Part shown: positions 28,224 through 37,491 of the stretch, in pieces
Layout of the letters: every line of letters begins with the position of its first letter
How positions within the stretch are numbered: the first letter of the stretch is position 1
Source of the DNA: Thermoproteota archaeon
GTDB lineage: Archaea > Korarchaeota > Korarchaeia > Korarchaeales > Korarchaeaceae
Assembly: GCA_027491395.1 (NCBI GenBank)
Contig: JAOZFI010000036.1
Span: forward strand, 64,001-128,000
Direction: 5' to 3'
Length of the DNA: 64,000 nt
Position numbers and translations under genes: made by a program
Notes under the pieces: generated by a model
Told to the model about the DNA's origin: nothing
The model's database searches: none
What the model saw: only the letters and a program-made list of their open reading frames with translations

Positions 28224-28726
28224 TGGTAGATGTGAGTAGGAGGGACTTCATAAAGGGGGGACTGCTAGCCTCCATTGCATTAGCAGCAGCCGCCGCTGGA
28301 GCCCCACTCATTCAGTATCTCACCTCAGAGAGGGTAGTCGTTGGTAAAGTTAGCAGCGGGGAGAAGAGCAAGCTTCCAATGAAGATAACGAATAAGAATG
28401 ATCTTCAACCGGATTCCCAGATACAGTTTATGATGCCCCTCAATCCAGATGGGAGTAGGGGGCAACACCCATCTATTCTAATAAGGCTGAGACCGGATCT
28501 AGCCCAGAAAGCGGGAACGGAATTCAAGGCCTTCAGCGCTATATGCACTCACTTGGGGTGCATAGTCCATCTAGAGCCCGGTGATGATATCTACTGCCCG
28601 TGTCACGCCGGATACTTCGATCCTGTGACCGGTAATGTTCTAGCCGGCCCTCCTAAGAAGCCACTCCCCGAGATAGAGCTGAAGATAGACGAAAATGGTG
28701 ATATTTACGCGGTAGGGTGGAAATGA
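28223..28726 (+). CDS. Rieske [2Fe-2S] protein of a Rieske/cytochrome b complex
   Basis: Tat motif SRRDFIK, CTHLGC, CPCHAGYF, GPPKKPL. Confidence 0.95.
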   Translation: MVDVSRRDFIKGGLLASIALAAAAAGAPLIQYLTSERVVVGKVSSGEKSKLPMKITNKNDLQPDSQIQFMMPLNPDGSRGQHPSILIRLRPDLAQKAGTEFKAFSAICTHLGCIVHLEPGDDIYCPCHAGYFDPVTGNVLAGPPKKPLPEIELKIDENGDIYAVGWK

Positions 28727-30141
28727 TGACCAAATGTGGTAAGGAGGAGAAGAGCTGCCTATCGTGGTTGGTTAACTGGTTTATTGACAGGCTCGGGATG
28801 GAGGAATTCACCTCCACCATGGTCTGGAGACACACTCTACATCCAGTCTACAGCCTCGGCGGCCTAACAACCCTCATGTTCATTATTCAGGCGATTACTG
28901 GACTATTGCTCCTCATGTTCTATGTACCAGTGTTCGGAGAGACCAACATGGCCTACGACAGCGTTCTGAGGATAACCGAGGAGGTGGCATACGGTTCGAT
29001 CATAAGAGGGTTGCATTTCTACGGAGCCAACCTGATGGTCCTCATAGCGATACTTCACTTCCTCAGGGTTTACTTCATGGGAAGCTACAAGAAGCCTCAC
29101 GAGGTGACGTACATAATCGGAATGATAACCGGATTGCTAGCGATCGTTACGGGTGTAACTGGCTACTCCCTGAGAATGGACCACGTGGCCGGGGAGGCCA
29201 TAAGGATAGGGAACACCCTAGTTACGGGCATGCCTGGGGGTAAGATGATCGCCCAGATCATATATGGGACGGGAACGTTCGACGAGATAGTCGGCAGGTA
29301 CTTGGCGTTCCACATCATGCTGGCCGGCCTGATATTCCTCCTGATGCTCGTCCACTTCTTCTCGATTCATCAGCATCACGTGTCACCCCCTTACGATGGA
29401 TCTGACCCCGAGCCAGCAGTACCTTTCTTCCCGAATCACATACTGACCGAGGCAGCCGCTGCCTTCGTGGTGATAGGAGCCTTAATAGTTGTATCAGCGG
29501 TGTTCCCGGCAGAGCTAGGTCAGAAGTTCCTTCCAACGAAGGAATTGCCGGTAGGTCAGCCTGAGTGGTACTTAATGGCTGTTTACGCTGGGATAAAGAC
29601 GGGAGTAGATCCGGTTTTCGCTGGCATGGTGGTCCCGGGCATGCTCCTACTGATATTTGTCCTGATGCCTTGGATTGATCCGACCTACAGCAGGCACCCA
29701 AGGAACAGAAGGATAGCCACCATCTACGGCGCTATAATGGTCGGGGAATTCGTGGTCTTCACAGTGTACGGGATGCTTACACCCGGAGAGCAAATCCCCT
29801 TGGTAAACGCGCTGGCCGTCGCGTTCGTTGTAGCATTAATCACCGGGATACCAGCAGCCAGATACACATCCAAGCCCGTTCCCCCGGTTAAGAGGACTCC
29901 GGTGAAGAGGGTCAGGCAAACACCACTCGTCCTAGAATGGGGCAAGTATATATTCCTGATGCTCCTAATAATACAGTTGATCACAACTGTCCTCGGAATC
30001 CAAGCCCATCTCAATGAGATGTACACCTTGGCCGGTTTCTACTTCGGCATATCTGTGATAGCCTTTGGATGGGTCCTATTCGTGGCGAAAGTCATCCTCC
30101 TAGACGTTAAATACATAACGAAGCCTATTCTCTCCTCTTAA
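28723..30141 (+). CDS. Cytochrome b (fused b6+subunit IV type) with C-terminal TM extension
   Basis: YSLGGL, RGLHFYGANLMVLIAILH, FHIMLAGLIFLLMLVH, PFFPNH, Qo motif PEWY. Confidence 0.93.
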   Translation: MMTKCGKEEKSCLSWLVNWFIDRLGMEEFTSTMVWRHTLHPVYSLGGLTTLMFIIQAITGLLLLMFYVPVFGETNMAYDSVLRITEEVAYGSIIRGLHFYGANLMVLIAILHFLRVYFMGSYKKPHEVTYIIGMITGLLAIVTGVTGYSLRMDHVAGEAIRIGNTLVTGMPGGKMIAQIIYGTGTFDEIVGRYLAFHIMLAGLIFLLMLVHFFSIHQHHVSPPYDGSDPEPAVPFFPNHILTEAAAAFVVIGALIVVSAVFPAELGQKFLPTKELPVGQPEWYLMAVYAGIKTGVDPVFAGMVVPGMLLLIFVLMPWIDPTYSRHPRNRRIATIYGAIMVGEFVVFTVYGMLTPGEQIPLVNALAVAFVVALITGIPAARYTSKPVPPVKRTPVKRVRQTPLVLEWGKYIFLMLLIIQLITTVLGIQAHLNEMYTLAGFYFGISVIAFGWVLFVAKVILLDVKYITKPILSS

Positions 30142-30196
30142 CATTTTTCTTCGCCGCCTCCTTTAGATCGATGTTAGTTCACAAACCCTTTTTACA

Positions 30197-31033
30197 TTGA
30201 AGCCATTACACTTAACGATGAACAGGGACAGCTTGGTGATTGTGGGAGTCGTGCTGATAACTCTCATCGTACTTGGGTCCGCTTACACAGCAGTTTCGAA
30301 GGGTGTAGCTCCCTCCTTGCTGGAAAAAGGAACCCCTAGCGGATCTAAACAGAGCAGCACGAGATCTTCTCAAGCAGCATCGGGAAAGACCGGTACTACT
30401 CAGACAAAGAAGACAGCGACACAGAAAACAACGACTCAGAAGGCACCATTTGACTTCAAGAGCGTATTTCTCAAGAAGACCGAGTTCTCAATCACTTACG
30501 ATTACTACCAAGATATGAAGAAGAAGGGCAATGGCGCCCTCTACGTCAAGGGAGATAATAGGAGAATGGATCTCAAGTTCGTTCAGGGACAGACGGTACT
30601 CATAAACAAAGGAGATTTGACCATATACTGTTTTAAACAAGCTCAAAGCGACTGGCAATGCTTCCAATCGAAAAACAAGGAGTCCATTGAGAAGAAGATG
30701 GGAGGTGGTAAAACAAACGATCCAGTAGAGGAAGGTCAGGAGGAGTTCGACAAACCAGTATACAACGGTACTAGGACCTATGCGGGGAAAACATGCTACT
30801 GCTACTACGTTAGCAAGAGCGCGAAGGAAACCGTGAATGGCGTGGACAAGGCGGGAACTCAGTGGGTGGAGATATGTGTAACTCAGGATGGGATACCGGC
30901 CTACTACCTCTACCTATGGAAATCCTCTGATGGGAAGAACGCTATTAGAACCGAAATAATAGCTAGGACGATATCATATAACGTTCCGGATAGTGTTTTC
31001 AACCCACCCGTTGAACCAACCAGCCTTCCATAA
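30197..31033 (+). CDS. Hypothetical N-terminally anchored extracytoplasmic protein
   Basis: N-terminal TM, Thr/Lys/Ser-rich linker, beta-rich domain with GTRTYAGKTC and VPDSVF motifs reminiscent of LolA-like/DUF4412 proteins. Confidence 0.65.
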   Translation: MKPLHLTMNRDSLVIVGVVLITLIVLGSAYTAVSKGVAPSLLEKGTPSGSKQSSTRSSQAASGKTGTTQTKKTATQKTTTQKAPFDFKSVFLKKTEFSITYDYYQDMKKKGNGALYVKGDNRRMDLKFVQGQTVLINKGDLTIYCFKQAQSDWQCFQSKNKESIEKKMGGGKTNDPVEEGQEEFDKPVYNGTRTYAGKTCYCYYVSKSAKETVNGVDKAGTQWVEICVTQDGIPAYYLYLWKSSDGKNAIRTEIIARTISYNVPDSVFNPPVEPTSLP

Positions 31034-31154
31034 TTGAACTATTTTTCATAATACATTTTAACACCAAAATTCGAGGTACATCTTTCCAAGAGGGACATTT
31101 CACAGTAATATTTAACTGTTAGAAGACCACTATAATCATGGGGGGTGAAAGGGA

Positions 31155-31418
31155 ATGGCCCACATGAGACTATCGCCCGATTTTGAGCATGTCTACAACG
31201 CCATCATGACTGAGTTGAGGGGTTACATACATGGTTCCGAGTGTCACATGGATAAGATAAAAGAATGGTTGTCTACCTTGCCTCCTGAGGGAGTGAACTC
31301 CCTACTGGAGCAGCTTAGAAGGAATTTGGAGACTTGGAAGAATATTGGTTCCATAACTGAAGAGCAGTATGAGAAGGCCCTCCAGAAACTTGAGGAGATA
31401 AGAGATCTAGCTAAGTAA
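31155..31418 (+). CDS. Small hypothetical helical protein
   Basis: ATG preceded by GGGGTGA; 87-aa ORF with GSITEEQYEK SHOCT-like end. Confidence 0.6.
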   Translation: MAHMRLSPDFEHVYNAIMTELRGYIHGSECHMDKIKEWLSTLPPEGVNSLLEQLRRNLETWKNIGSITEEQYEKALQKLEEIRDLAK

Positions 31419-31510
31419 CCTACCGACTCACATTATCCTTACCACCTGTGCATACGCACTTGGCAGGTGGGGTTCTAAGTTTTTATGTTAGATCGACTCG
31501 ACCCCAATAC

Positions 31511-33133
31511 GTGGACTTCAAGCTGATCATCGTAACCGGCGGAGTCATAAGCGGACTGGGAAAGGGTGTAATAGCTGCTTCCGTCGGAAAACTCCTCCAA
31601 TCTAGGGGGTTCTCTATCTCCATGATAAAAATAGATCCCTACCTGAACCCGGATCCTGGCACCCTCAATCCTATAGAACACGGGGAGGTCTTCATAACGG
31701 AGGAAGTATGGCACTTCAAACCGGGTCGTGGCGTCGAATTCAAGATAGCCGAGATCGATGAGGACTTCGGTCACTACGAGAGGTTCCTCGACGTGAATAT
31801 GCATCCCTCCAACAACATAACGAGCGGTCAGATAATGCTCAGCGTTATCTTAGGGGAGAGAAAAGGGAGATACTTGGGCCAGACGATAAGGCTGATACCT
31901 CACGTGACCCAAGCTATAAAGGAGAGGATACATGAGGTAGCGAGGAGAGAAGAGCCCGACATACTGATAGTGGAGCTAGGAGGGACTGTAGGAGATTATG
32001 AGGCCATGGCATTCGTTGAGGCGCTCAGACAGCTCAGACTTGAAGTGGGAACTGAGAATTCGGTGCACATCCATGTCACCTACGTCCCCTTTGTTGAGAC
32101 CGTCGGCGAGTTCAAGACGAAGCCAGCCCAGCTCTTCTTCAGGGAAGTGCTGGCTGCTGGCCTCCCACCGGACTTCGTCATAGCGAGGACACAGTCCTCC
32201 CTCCCAGACGCGGTCAAGGCGAAACTTGCATTGTACGCGAGCGTTCCGAGGGATGCTGTGTTTGAGGACCCAGATCTAGACGTAGTTTACGAACTCCCCC
32301 TCTATCTGGAGGAAAGGGGTCTGGGCATGAAGCTGGAGGAGAAACTCGGTATCAAGGGAAAGCCCGACATGGAGGAATGGAGGGGGATAGTGAAGAGGTT
32401 CAAGCGAGGTGAACCCAAGAAAATAGCTATGGTAGGCAAGTACTGGAGGATGTCCGACGTCTACATCTCCATAGTGGAGGCTATCAAACATGCGGGGGCT
32501 GAGTTGGGGATAAAGCCGGAGATACTAGCTGTCGACTCGGAGGAGCTGGAGAGGGGGATCGGGTGGGAACTACTGGAGGAAGCAGATGGAATCCTCTCCA
32601 CTCCGGGTTTCGGCTCTAGAGGAACTGAGGGGATGATCAAGGCTGCGGGATGGGCATTGAAAGAGGGTAAACCGTTTCTAGGCATATGCTTCGGGGCCCA
32701 GCTCGCGACCGTGGCCTTCGCTAGAGAGATCATGGGATGGGATGGAGCGCATTCCACGGAGATAGACCCCAACACCCCTTGGCCTGTCATAGATCTCCTC
32801 CCCGAGCAGAGGCAGGTCGAGGAGGTGGGGGGTACGATGAGGCTCGGTGGTCATGAGGTGATCCTCTTGAAGGGCATACTCAGGAGAGCCTACGGCAGGG
32901 AGAGAGTGATTGAGAGGTTCAGACATAGGTACCACATAATCAGGGAGTTCGCCGAGAGGATGGAGGAGCGGGGGTACAAGATAACGGCCGTAGATACAAG
33001 TGGCAGGATAATAAACGCATTCGAGGTGGAGGGGCACCCCTACTACGTGGGCGTCCAGTTCCACCCGGAGTTCAAATCGAGGCCGGGGAGGCCCAGCCCC
33101 ACCTACAGGTCGTTCTTGGAGTCCTTCAGATAG
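31511..33133 (+). CDS. pyrG: CTP synthase
   Basis: VTGGVISGLGKG, KIDPYLN, EHGEVF, GHYERF, KTKP, GICFG, RHRY, QFHPE; start placed at GTG 31511. Confidence 0.95.
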   Translation: MDFKLIIVTGGVISGLGKGVIAASVGKLLQSRGFSISMIKIDPYLNPDPGTLNPIEHGEVFITEEVWHFKPGRGVEFKIAEIDEDFGHYERFLDVNMHPSNNITSGQIMLSVILGERKGRYLGQTIRLIPHVTQAIKERIHEVARREEPDILIVELGGTVGDYEAMAFVEALRQLRLEVGTENSVHIHVTYVPFVETVGEFKTKPAQLFFREVLAAGLPPDFVIARTQSSLPDAVKAKLALYASVPRDAVFEDPDLDVVYELPLYLEERGLGMKLEEKLGIKGKPDMEEWRGIVKRFKRGEPKKIAMVGKYWRMSDVYISIVEAIKHAGAELGIKPEILAVDSEELERGIGWELLEEADGILSTPGFGSRGTEGMIKAAGWALKEGKPFLGICFGAQLATVAFAREIMGWDGAHSTEIDPNTPWPVIDLLPEQRQVEEVGGTMRLGGHEVILLKGILRRAYGRERVIERFRHRYHIIREFAERMEERGYKITAVDTSGRIINAFEVEGHPYYVGVQFHPEFKSRPGRPSPTYRSFLESFR

Positions 33134-34256
33134 AGCTCAATACCGCTTTAACCTCTTTAATCACCCTGTCAACCTCCTCATCCTTCATACAGTGGAATAT
33201 AGGTAGATAAAGCACCTCCTTCGTCAGCCTCTCTGCATTGGGAGTTTCCACGTTGGAGTAATCCACTCCCCCGAAGAGGACGTGCAGGTAGTTATATTCC
33301 CTCTCAGAGAGCCTAGACATGACTGGTTGCCTCTGGAGAGGCATTGGATACGCAGGTCTAGCTAGCACACCTCTTTCCCTGAGCATCCTCACGACTTCAT
33401 CCCTCTTCGATCCTACCCTTATAGGATAGAGGTGCCAAACTGGTTCGGCCCACTCCGCGCTTACCGGCGTCTCTACTATCCCAGAGAGTTCCTCTGTATA
33501 TCTGGAGGCAATCTCTCTCCTCCTATAATTGAATTCATCCAGTTTTCGCAGCTGAACTAGGCCTATTGCTGCACTCATCTCGGTCATCCTGTAATTGAAA
33601 CCCACGTAGTGATGCTCGTATTTCGAGACTTGGCCTTGGTCCCTTATGGCCTTGGCCCTCTGATACACGTACTCGTCATCTGTGGTTATGATTCCCCCCT
33701 CCCCCGTTGTCATGTTCTTGGTGGGATAGAAACTGAAGGCACCGGCCTCCCCTATGCTCCCCACCTTCCTCCCCTTGTAGAGGGCCCCGTGTGCTTGGGC
33801 GGCATCCTCCAACAGGAACACCTCTCTATCCCCTACAACTTCTCTGATCGAATCTAGATCAGCAGGATGACCGTGGATATGGACAGGAATGACTGCCCTG
33901 ACTTTCGGGGTGAGCTTCCTTCTCAGATCTTCAGGGTCCATTGTTCCCGTCCTAGGATCCACATCAACGAATACGGGTTTTGCCCCACTGAGTATCACAG
34001 AAGAGGCTGTCGCATAGAAGGTGTAGCTGGGAACAGCCACCTCATCTCCCGGACCTATTCCAAGTGAGATTAGAGCTACATGCAGGGCGGCGGTTCCGTT
34101 CGATACCGCCACAGCGTATTTGCTACCGACGTAGGATGCGAATTCGTTCTCGAACTCCTCAACCAGCTTGCCCTGAGCTAGCATTCCTGACCTGAGCACT
34201 TCGGCAACTCGGCTTATCTCTTCCTCCCCTATACAAGGCCTCGCTATAGGTATCAT
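33126..34256 (-). CDS. DegT/DnrJ/EryC1/StrS sugar aminotransferase
   Basis: SNGTAALH, EDAAQAHGA, FSFYPTKNMTTGEGG, GFNYRM. Confidence 0.92.
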   Translation of the reverse strand: MIPIARPCIGEEEISRVAEVLRSGMLAQGKLVEEFENEFASYVGSKYAVAVSNGTAALHVALISLGIGPGDEVAVPSYTFYATASSVILSGAKPVFVDVDPRTGTMDPEDLRRKLTPKVRAVIPVHIHGHPADLDSIREVVGDREVFLLEDAAQAHGALYKGRKVGSIGEAGAFSFYPTKNMTTGEGGIITTDDEYVYQRAKAIRDQGQVSKYEHHYVGFNYRMTEMSAAIGLVQLRKLDEFNYRRREIASRYTEELSGIVETPVSAEWAEPVWHLYPIRVGSKRDEVVRMLRERGVLARPAYPMPLQRQPVMSRLSEREYNYLHVLFGGVDYSNVETPNAERLTKEVLYLPIFHCMKDEEVDRVIKEVKAVLSSI

Positions 34257-34301
34257 GGAAACACCTTCGGCTTATAGCCTCGACTCGAAAAACATAAGGG
34301 T

Positions 34302-35477
34302 ATGCTGCTAACGCTAGGGGTCACGATACCGGGATTGGATCCCTTCCTAGGTGAGGAGGTAAGGGAGCTACTGGGTAGAGGTGTCAGGGGAGTGGTACCT
34401 GGTAAAGTGGAGTTTATGGCTACTCCTGAGGAGATCTTGAGGCTGAACTATACCTCCAGAACCGCGATCAGGTTCCTGATACTGGTAAGTAAGGAAATAC
34501 TCGATCCCATAGATCTGGAATCACTGAAGAAGGCTGCCTCCTCGGTTGAGTGGTCCTCCCTCTTCAGTCCTTCCTATACGTTTGCAGTGAGAGCCGAGAG
34601 AGTGGGTTACCACAATTTCACCAGCGTGAATGTGGCAGCCATCGTGGGAGAAGCCGTAGTGGAGCACTTCTCCTCTCTGGGCACTAGAATAAGGGCAAAC
34701 CTAAAGAGGCCTGATGTAGTGATCAGAGCCTACGTGAGCGGAAATATCTTCCTTCTAGGATTGGATACAACTGGGGAAAGTCTTCACAAACGAGGATACA
34801 GGGTGTTCGAACACAGGACATCCCTCAATCCCGTGATAGCCTACTCACTGGTCAAGCTCAGTGGCTGGCTCGATTCTCTGCCCTCTGACCCAAGCTCGGT
34901 TCTAGTAGATCCGATGTGCGGTGGTGGGACGATTCCCATCGAGGGAGTGTTGGCTGCTTTGAGGATACCTCCCGGGAGGTGGAGGAGAAGTTACCCTGTG
35001 GATCATCTCTTCCCCTTCCAAGGCATCTCTCAGGAGGAGATATTCAATCGGGAAGATTCGTACATTGTAGATAAGGATCTGAACGTCTTATGCTCCGACA
35101 TAAGCCCAAAAAGCATAAGGGGGGCCATGGAGAACGCCAAGTCGGCTGGCGTCTACGACAAAATAGAGTTCGATGTGAGGGATGCGAGCGAGCTGATCTC
35201 CCTGAGTAGAATAAGCTCCGTAGCTACAGATCCACCCTATGAGTTAAGGACTGGGAGGAACAGGAGAATAGACGAGACCTTCCATAGAATGGCCTTCGCC
35301 CTCGAGGAGAAGCTCGAGCATAGGTTCTCAGCCATATGCGCTGGCCCGGCCCTTCCTAAACTAATGACAGCCATGCGAAACCTCAAGCTGGTGTTCAACA
35401 GGAGGATTCTCTATGGCGGGATCGAGGCCAGGTTGCTAGCCTACGAGAGGAGGGGCACCCGACAGGAAGGCCACTAA
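34302..35477 (+). CDS. THUMP-domain tRNA m2G6 methyltransferase (Trm14-like)
   Basis: FAVRAERVG, LDTTGESLHKRGYR, DPMCGGGTI, DPPY. Confidence 0.8.
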   Translation: MLLTLGVTIPGLDPFLGEEVRELLGRGVRGVVPGKVEFMATPEEILRLNYTSRTAIRFLILVSKEILDPIDLESLKKAASSVEWSSLFSPSYTFAVRAERVGYHNFTSVNVAAIVGEAVVEHFSSLGTRIRANLKRPDVVIRAYVSGNIFLLGLDTTGESLHKRGYRVFEHRTSLNPVIAYSLVKLSGWLDSLPSDPSSVLVDPMCGGGTIPIEGVLAALRIPPGRWRRSYPVDHLFPFQGISQEEIFNREDSYIVDKDLNVLCSDISPKSIRGAMENAKSAGVYDKIEFDVRDASELISLSRISSVATDPPYELRTGRNRRIDETFHRMAFALEEKLEHRFSAICAGPALPKLMTAMRNLKLVFNRRILYGGIEARLLAYERRGTRQEGH

Positions 35478-36074
35478 AGAACTCACAATAGGGACTGCTA
35501 TGTTGTCCTCGCCTCCGTATAACTCCACCACCGAGGAGGAGATAGCTACCAATCCTGCAAGGAAGGGATCCCCAGTCAAGCCCACTAGCAAGGCTAGATA
35601 AGAGATGAGACCTGCAGCCGTACCCTCCAAGGTCCCATCAGCCATCGGGATCTTGATTCTGCCCACTGATATTCCCACCATCGAGGAAAGTCCGTCAGTT
35701 AATATGAGGGCGAATATGCCGTAGGAGGCAAGTGATCCGAAAAGGAAGTAGGAAGAAGAGACGCCAATTAATCCAGATAAGGCACCAAGCCAACCAGCTC
35801 TCCTCTCGTAGTCCCTCTCAACGAGGCTCACCAACCTGTTGAATGATTCGAGGACTATCTCCATTCCCTTAGGCTGAGGAATCTGCATTCCCGCCCTGAG
35901 CCACTGTGGGAGGCCCTTCACCTGAACCGAGTAGATCCAGCCGCCGACAGCGAGGGCCGCAGCATATACAAGTTTAGGATCTATCAGATCCTCAACCATC
36001 ATCGGGGCGAGGAGGATAGAGGAGAACAGGATGTGGATCGCTTTCCTGAGCAACTCATTCCTCTTGGAATTCAC
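35436..36074 (-). CDS. Polyprenol (dolichol/phytol) kinase-like membrane protein
   Basis: ELLRKAIH, DGLSSMVG, TLEG, EDNIAVP; start placed at GTG overlapping upstream TAG. Confidence 0.7.
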   Translation of the reverse strand: MNSKRNELLRKAIHILFSSILLAPMMVEDLIDPKLVYAAALAVGGWIYSVQVKGLPQWLRAGMQIPQPKGMEIVLESFNRLVSLVERDYERRAGWLGALSGLIGVSSSYFLFGSLASYGIFALILTDGLSSMVGISVGRIKIPMADGTLEGTAAGLISYLALLVGLTGDPFLAGLVAISSSVVELYGGEDNIAVPIVSSLVAFLSGAPPLVG

Positions 36075-36766
36075 TACCAATGGACATCCCCCAGTACCAT
36101 CACCACGGCCGATACTATCGGCACCGTAAGATTGTCGTCTACCCTCGGCCACCTCTCTACCATAGTGGCCACAATAGCGGCTATAGCACCAATGTATCCC
36201 TTGTAAAAGAATCCTATCGGCAGAGAGACGAGAAGCATGGCCACACTACCCGCAGCCCCTTTACTCCACCTCTTGTAGACGATGTTTCTGACTATGCCAG
36301 TCACCCCATCGCCCACCGACATGAACAGCGCTGCAGCAATGCCCGCGCTCAGGTCTACGTACCATAGCCCCACTATAACTAATGTCCATGTGATGCAGAA
36401 GTAGACCTCTCCTAGGTTGCCCTCCACTTGGAACCAGTCAAACTTCTCTCCCTTTAGCCTGGGAAGCAGAGTTAGCACAATCATCCCGACACCGCCTATA
36501 AGCGGTATCGCCGGAGACTTGAAGAGGTAGGGTGTCAGAACAGCCACTAGCCCGCCGGATAGTATGTGTATAACCTTCCTAGCTACATAGAGGTTCTGCC
36601 ACTCGGCCACCTTTTTGGATATCCAGAACACCACTACAGAAATCCAGACGACCAAGACGAACAACCAGAGAATCTCGTCAATGCTGGGACTCCAATACCA
36701 AAGAGCTATGACCGACACGAGTAGCAATGTCAGCAGTATGATGGGGATCTCTGCTCTCATACACAA
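36074..36766 (-). CDS. Polyprenol (dolichol/phytol) kinase-like membrane protein
   Basis: ARKVIHILSGG, MSVGDGVTGIVR, DDNLTVP. Confidence 0.8.
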   Translation of the reverse strand: MCMRAEIPIILLTLLLVSVIALWYWSPSIDEILWLFVLVVWISVVVFWISKKVAEWQNLYVARKVIHILSGGLVAVLTPYLFKSPAIPLIGGVGMIVLTLLPRLKGEKFDWFQVEGNLGEVYFCITWTLVIVGLWYVDLSAGIAAALFMSVGDGVTGIVRNIVYKRWSKGAAGSVAMLLVSLPIGFFYKGYIGAIAAIVATMVERWPRVDDNLTVPIVSAVVMVLGDVHW

Positions 36767-36817
36767 GGGTCCGATTGACGCTATACTATAAAGTCCCCGC
36801 CGATCGGTCTATCTAGA

Positions 36818-36898
36818 GGGGGTCAGGGGAGGACCACTTCATCATCGCCTCCGGGGAGCTCAAAAGGGTAAGGTAAGCCGGCCGGCCCTCATCCCCCC
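36818..36898 (-). ncRNA. Box C/D guide sRNA with elongated D' arm
   Basis: GGGAUGA(C)...UUGA(D'?)...AUGAUGA(C')-AGUGGUCCUCCC-CUGA(D); G-run/C-run terminal stem; intergenic. Confidence 0.75.
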
Positions 36899-36955
36899 AG
36901 TTGAGGGGGCCCTCTTAATGTAATCTTTATCGCTTGAAAGTAAGTGTGATGTACC

Positions 36956-37336
36956 ATGGCTGAGGAGAACCTCCCACCAAGTCTGAGGGATGTGCTTGAG
37001 AAGCTCGACAGAGGAGAGAAAGTGAGCGATAAGGAGTTATCTAATGCCTTCGCTGAGCTCAGAAGAGATTTCTTCAAAGTAGGAGAAGTTCTACTTTCTG
37101 AGAGATTATCCCTATATGAGATGATCAGGCTGGGCATAGAGATGGCGGACGAGGACCTCTTTCTCGCATGTGATGAGCACGATTCCCTGAGGAGGATCGT
37201 CTACAAGGTCGTGAGGATGATGAGCGGGGAGAGTTTAGAGAAGGCATCTAAGGAGATACTCTCCAAGGACTTAGAGAGGACCCTCTTGGGTGCGTTCATA
37301 ATGAGGAGATTGGGTGGTCGGGGCGGGGGGACTTGA
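36956..37336 (+). CDS. Hypothetical protein
   Basis: 126-aa ORF, genome-typical codon usage; 3' end overlaps tRNA 3' end. Confidence 0.6.
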   Translation: MAEENLPPSLRDVLEKLDRGEKVSDKELSNAFAELRRDFFKVGEVLLSERLSLYEMIRLGIEMADEDLFLACDEHDSLRRIVYKVVRMMSGESLEKASKEILSKDLERTLLGAFIMRRLGGRGGGT

Positions 37337-37434
37337 ACCCCCGACCTGCCGGTATCTGTGAGAGCGGGCCGCTGACGGAGCGCCGCCCGGCGCCCTCTAC
37401 AGCCGGCCGCTCTGCCAGGCTGAGCTACGCCCCG
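37315..37434 (-). tRNA. tRNA-Tyr(GUA) with 43-nt intron at 37/38 and encoded CCA
   Basis: Acceptor CGGGGCG/CGCCCCG (C1:G72, A73), D arm GCTC/GAGC, anticodon GTA at 37398-37400, intron 37354-37396 with BHB (CUGU/ACAG), T arm GGGGG-TTCAAGT-CCCCC. Confidence 0.95.
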
Positions 37435-37491
37435 CCATCTAGATGAGTGCAACCCCTCTATATTAATTTTACAGTCCGAGCCGCGCGACAG

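Noticed and set aside
36830-36860. Fluoride riboswitch (GGCGAUG start on minus strand)
   Set aside because: It lacks the rest of the pseudoknot consensus; C/D boxes and rRNA complementarity explain the sequence better.
37315-37434. tRNA as the integration site of a mobile element
   Set aside because: No integrase and no duplicated tRNA fragment seen in the window.
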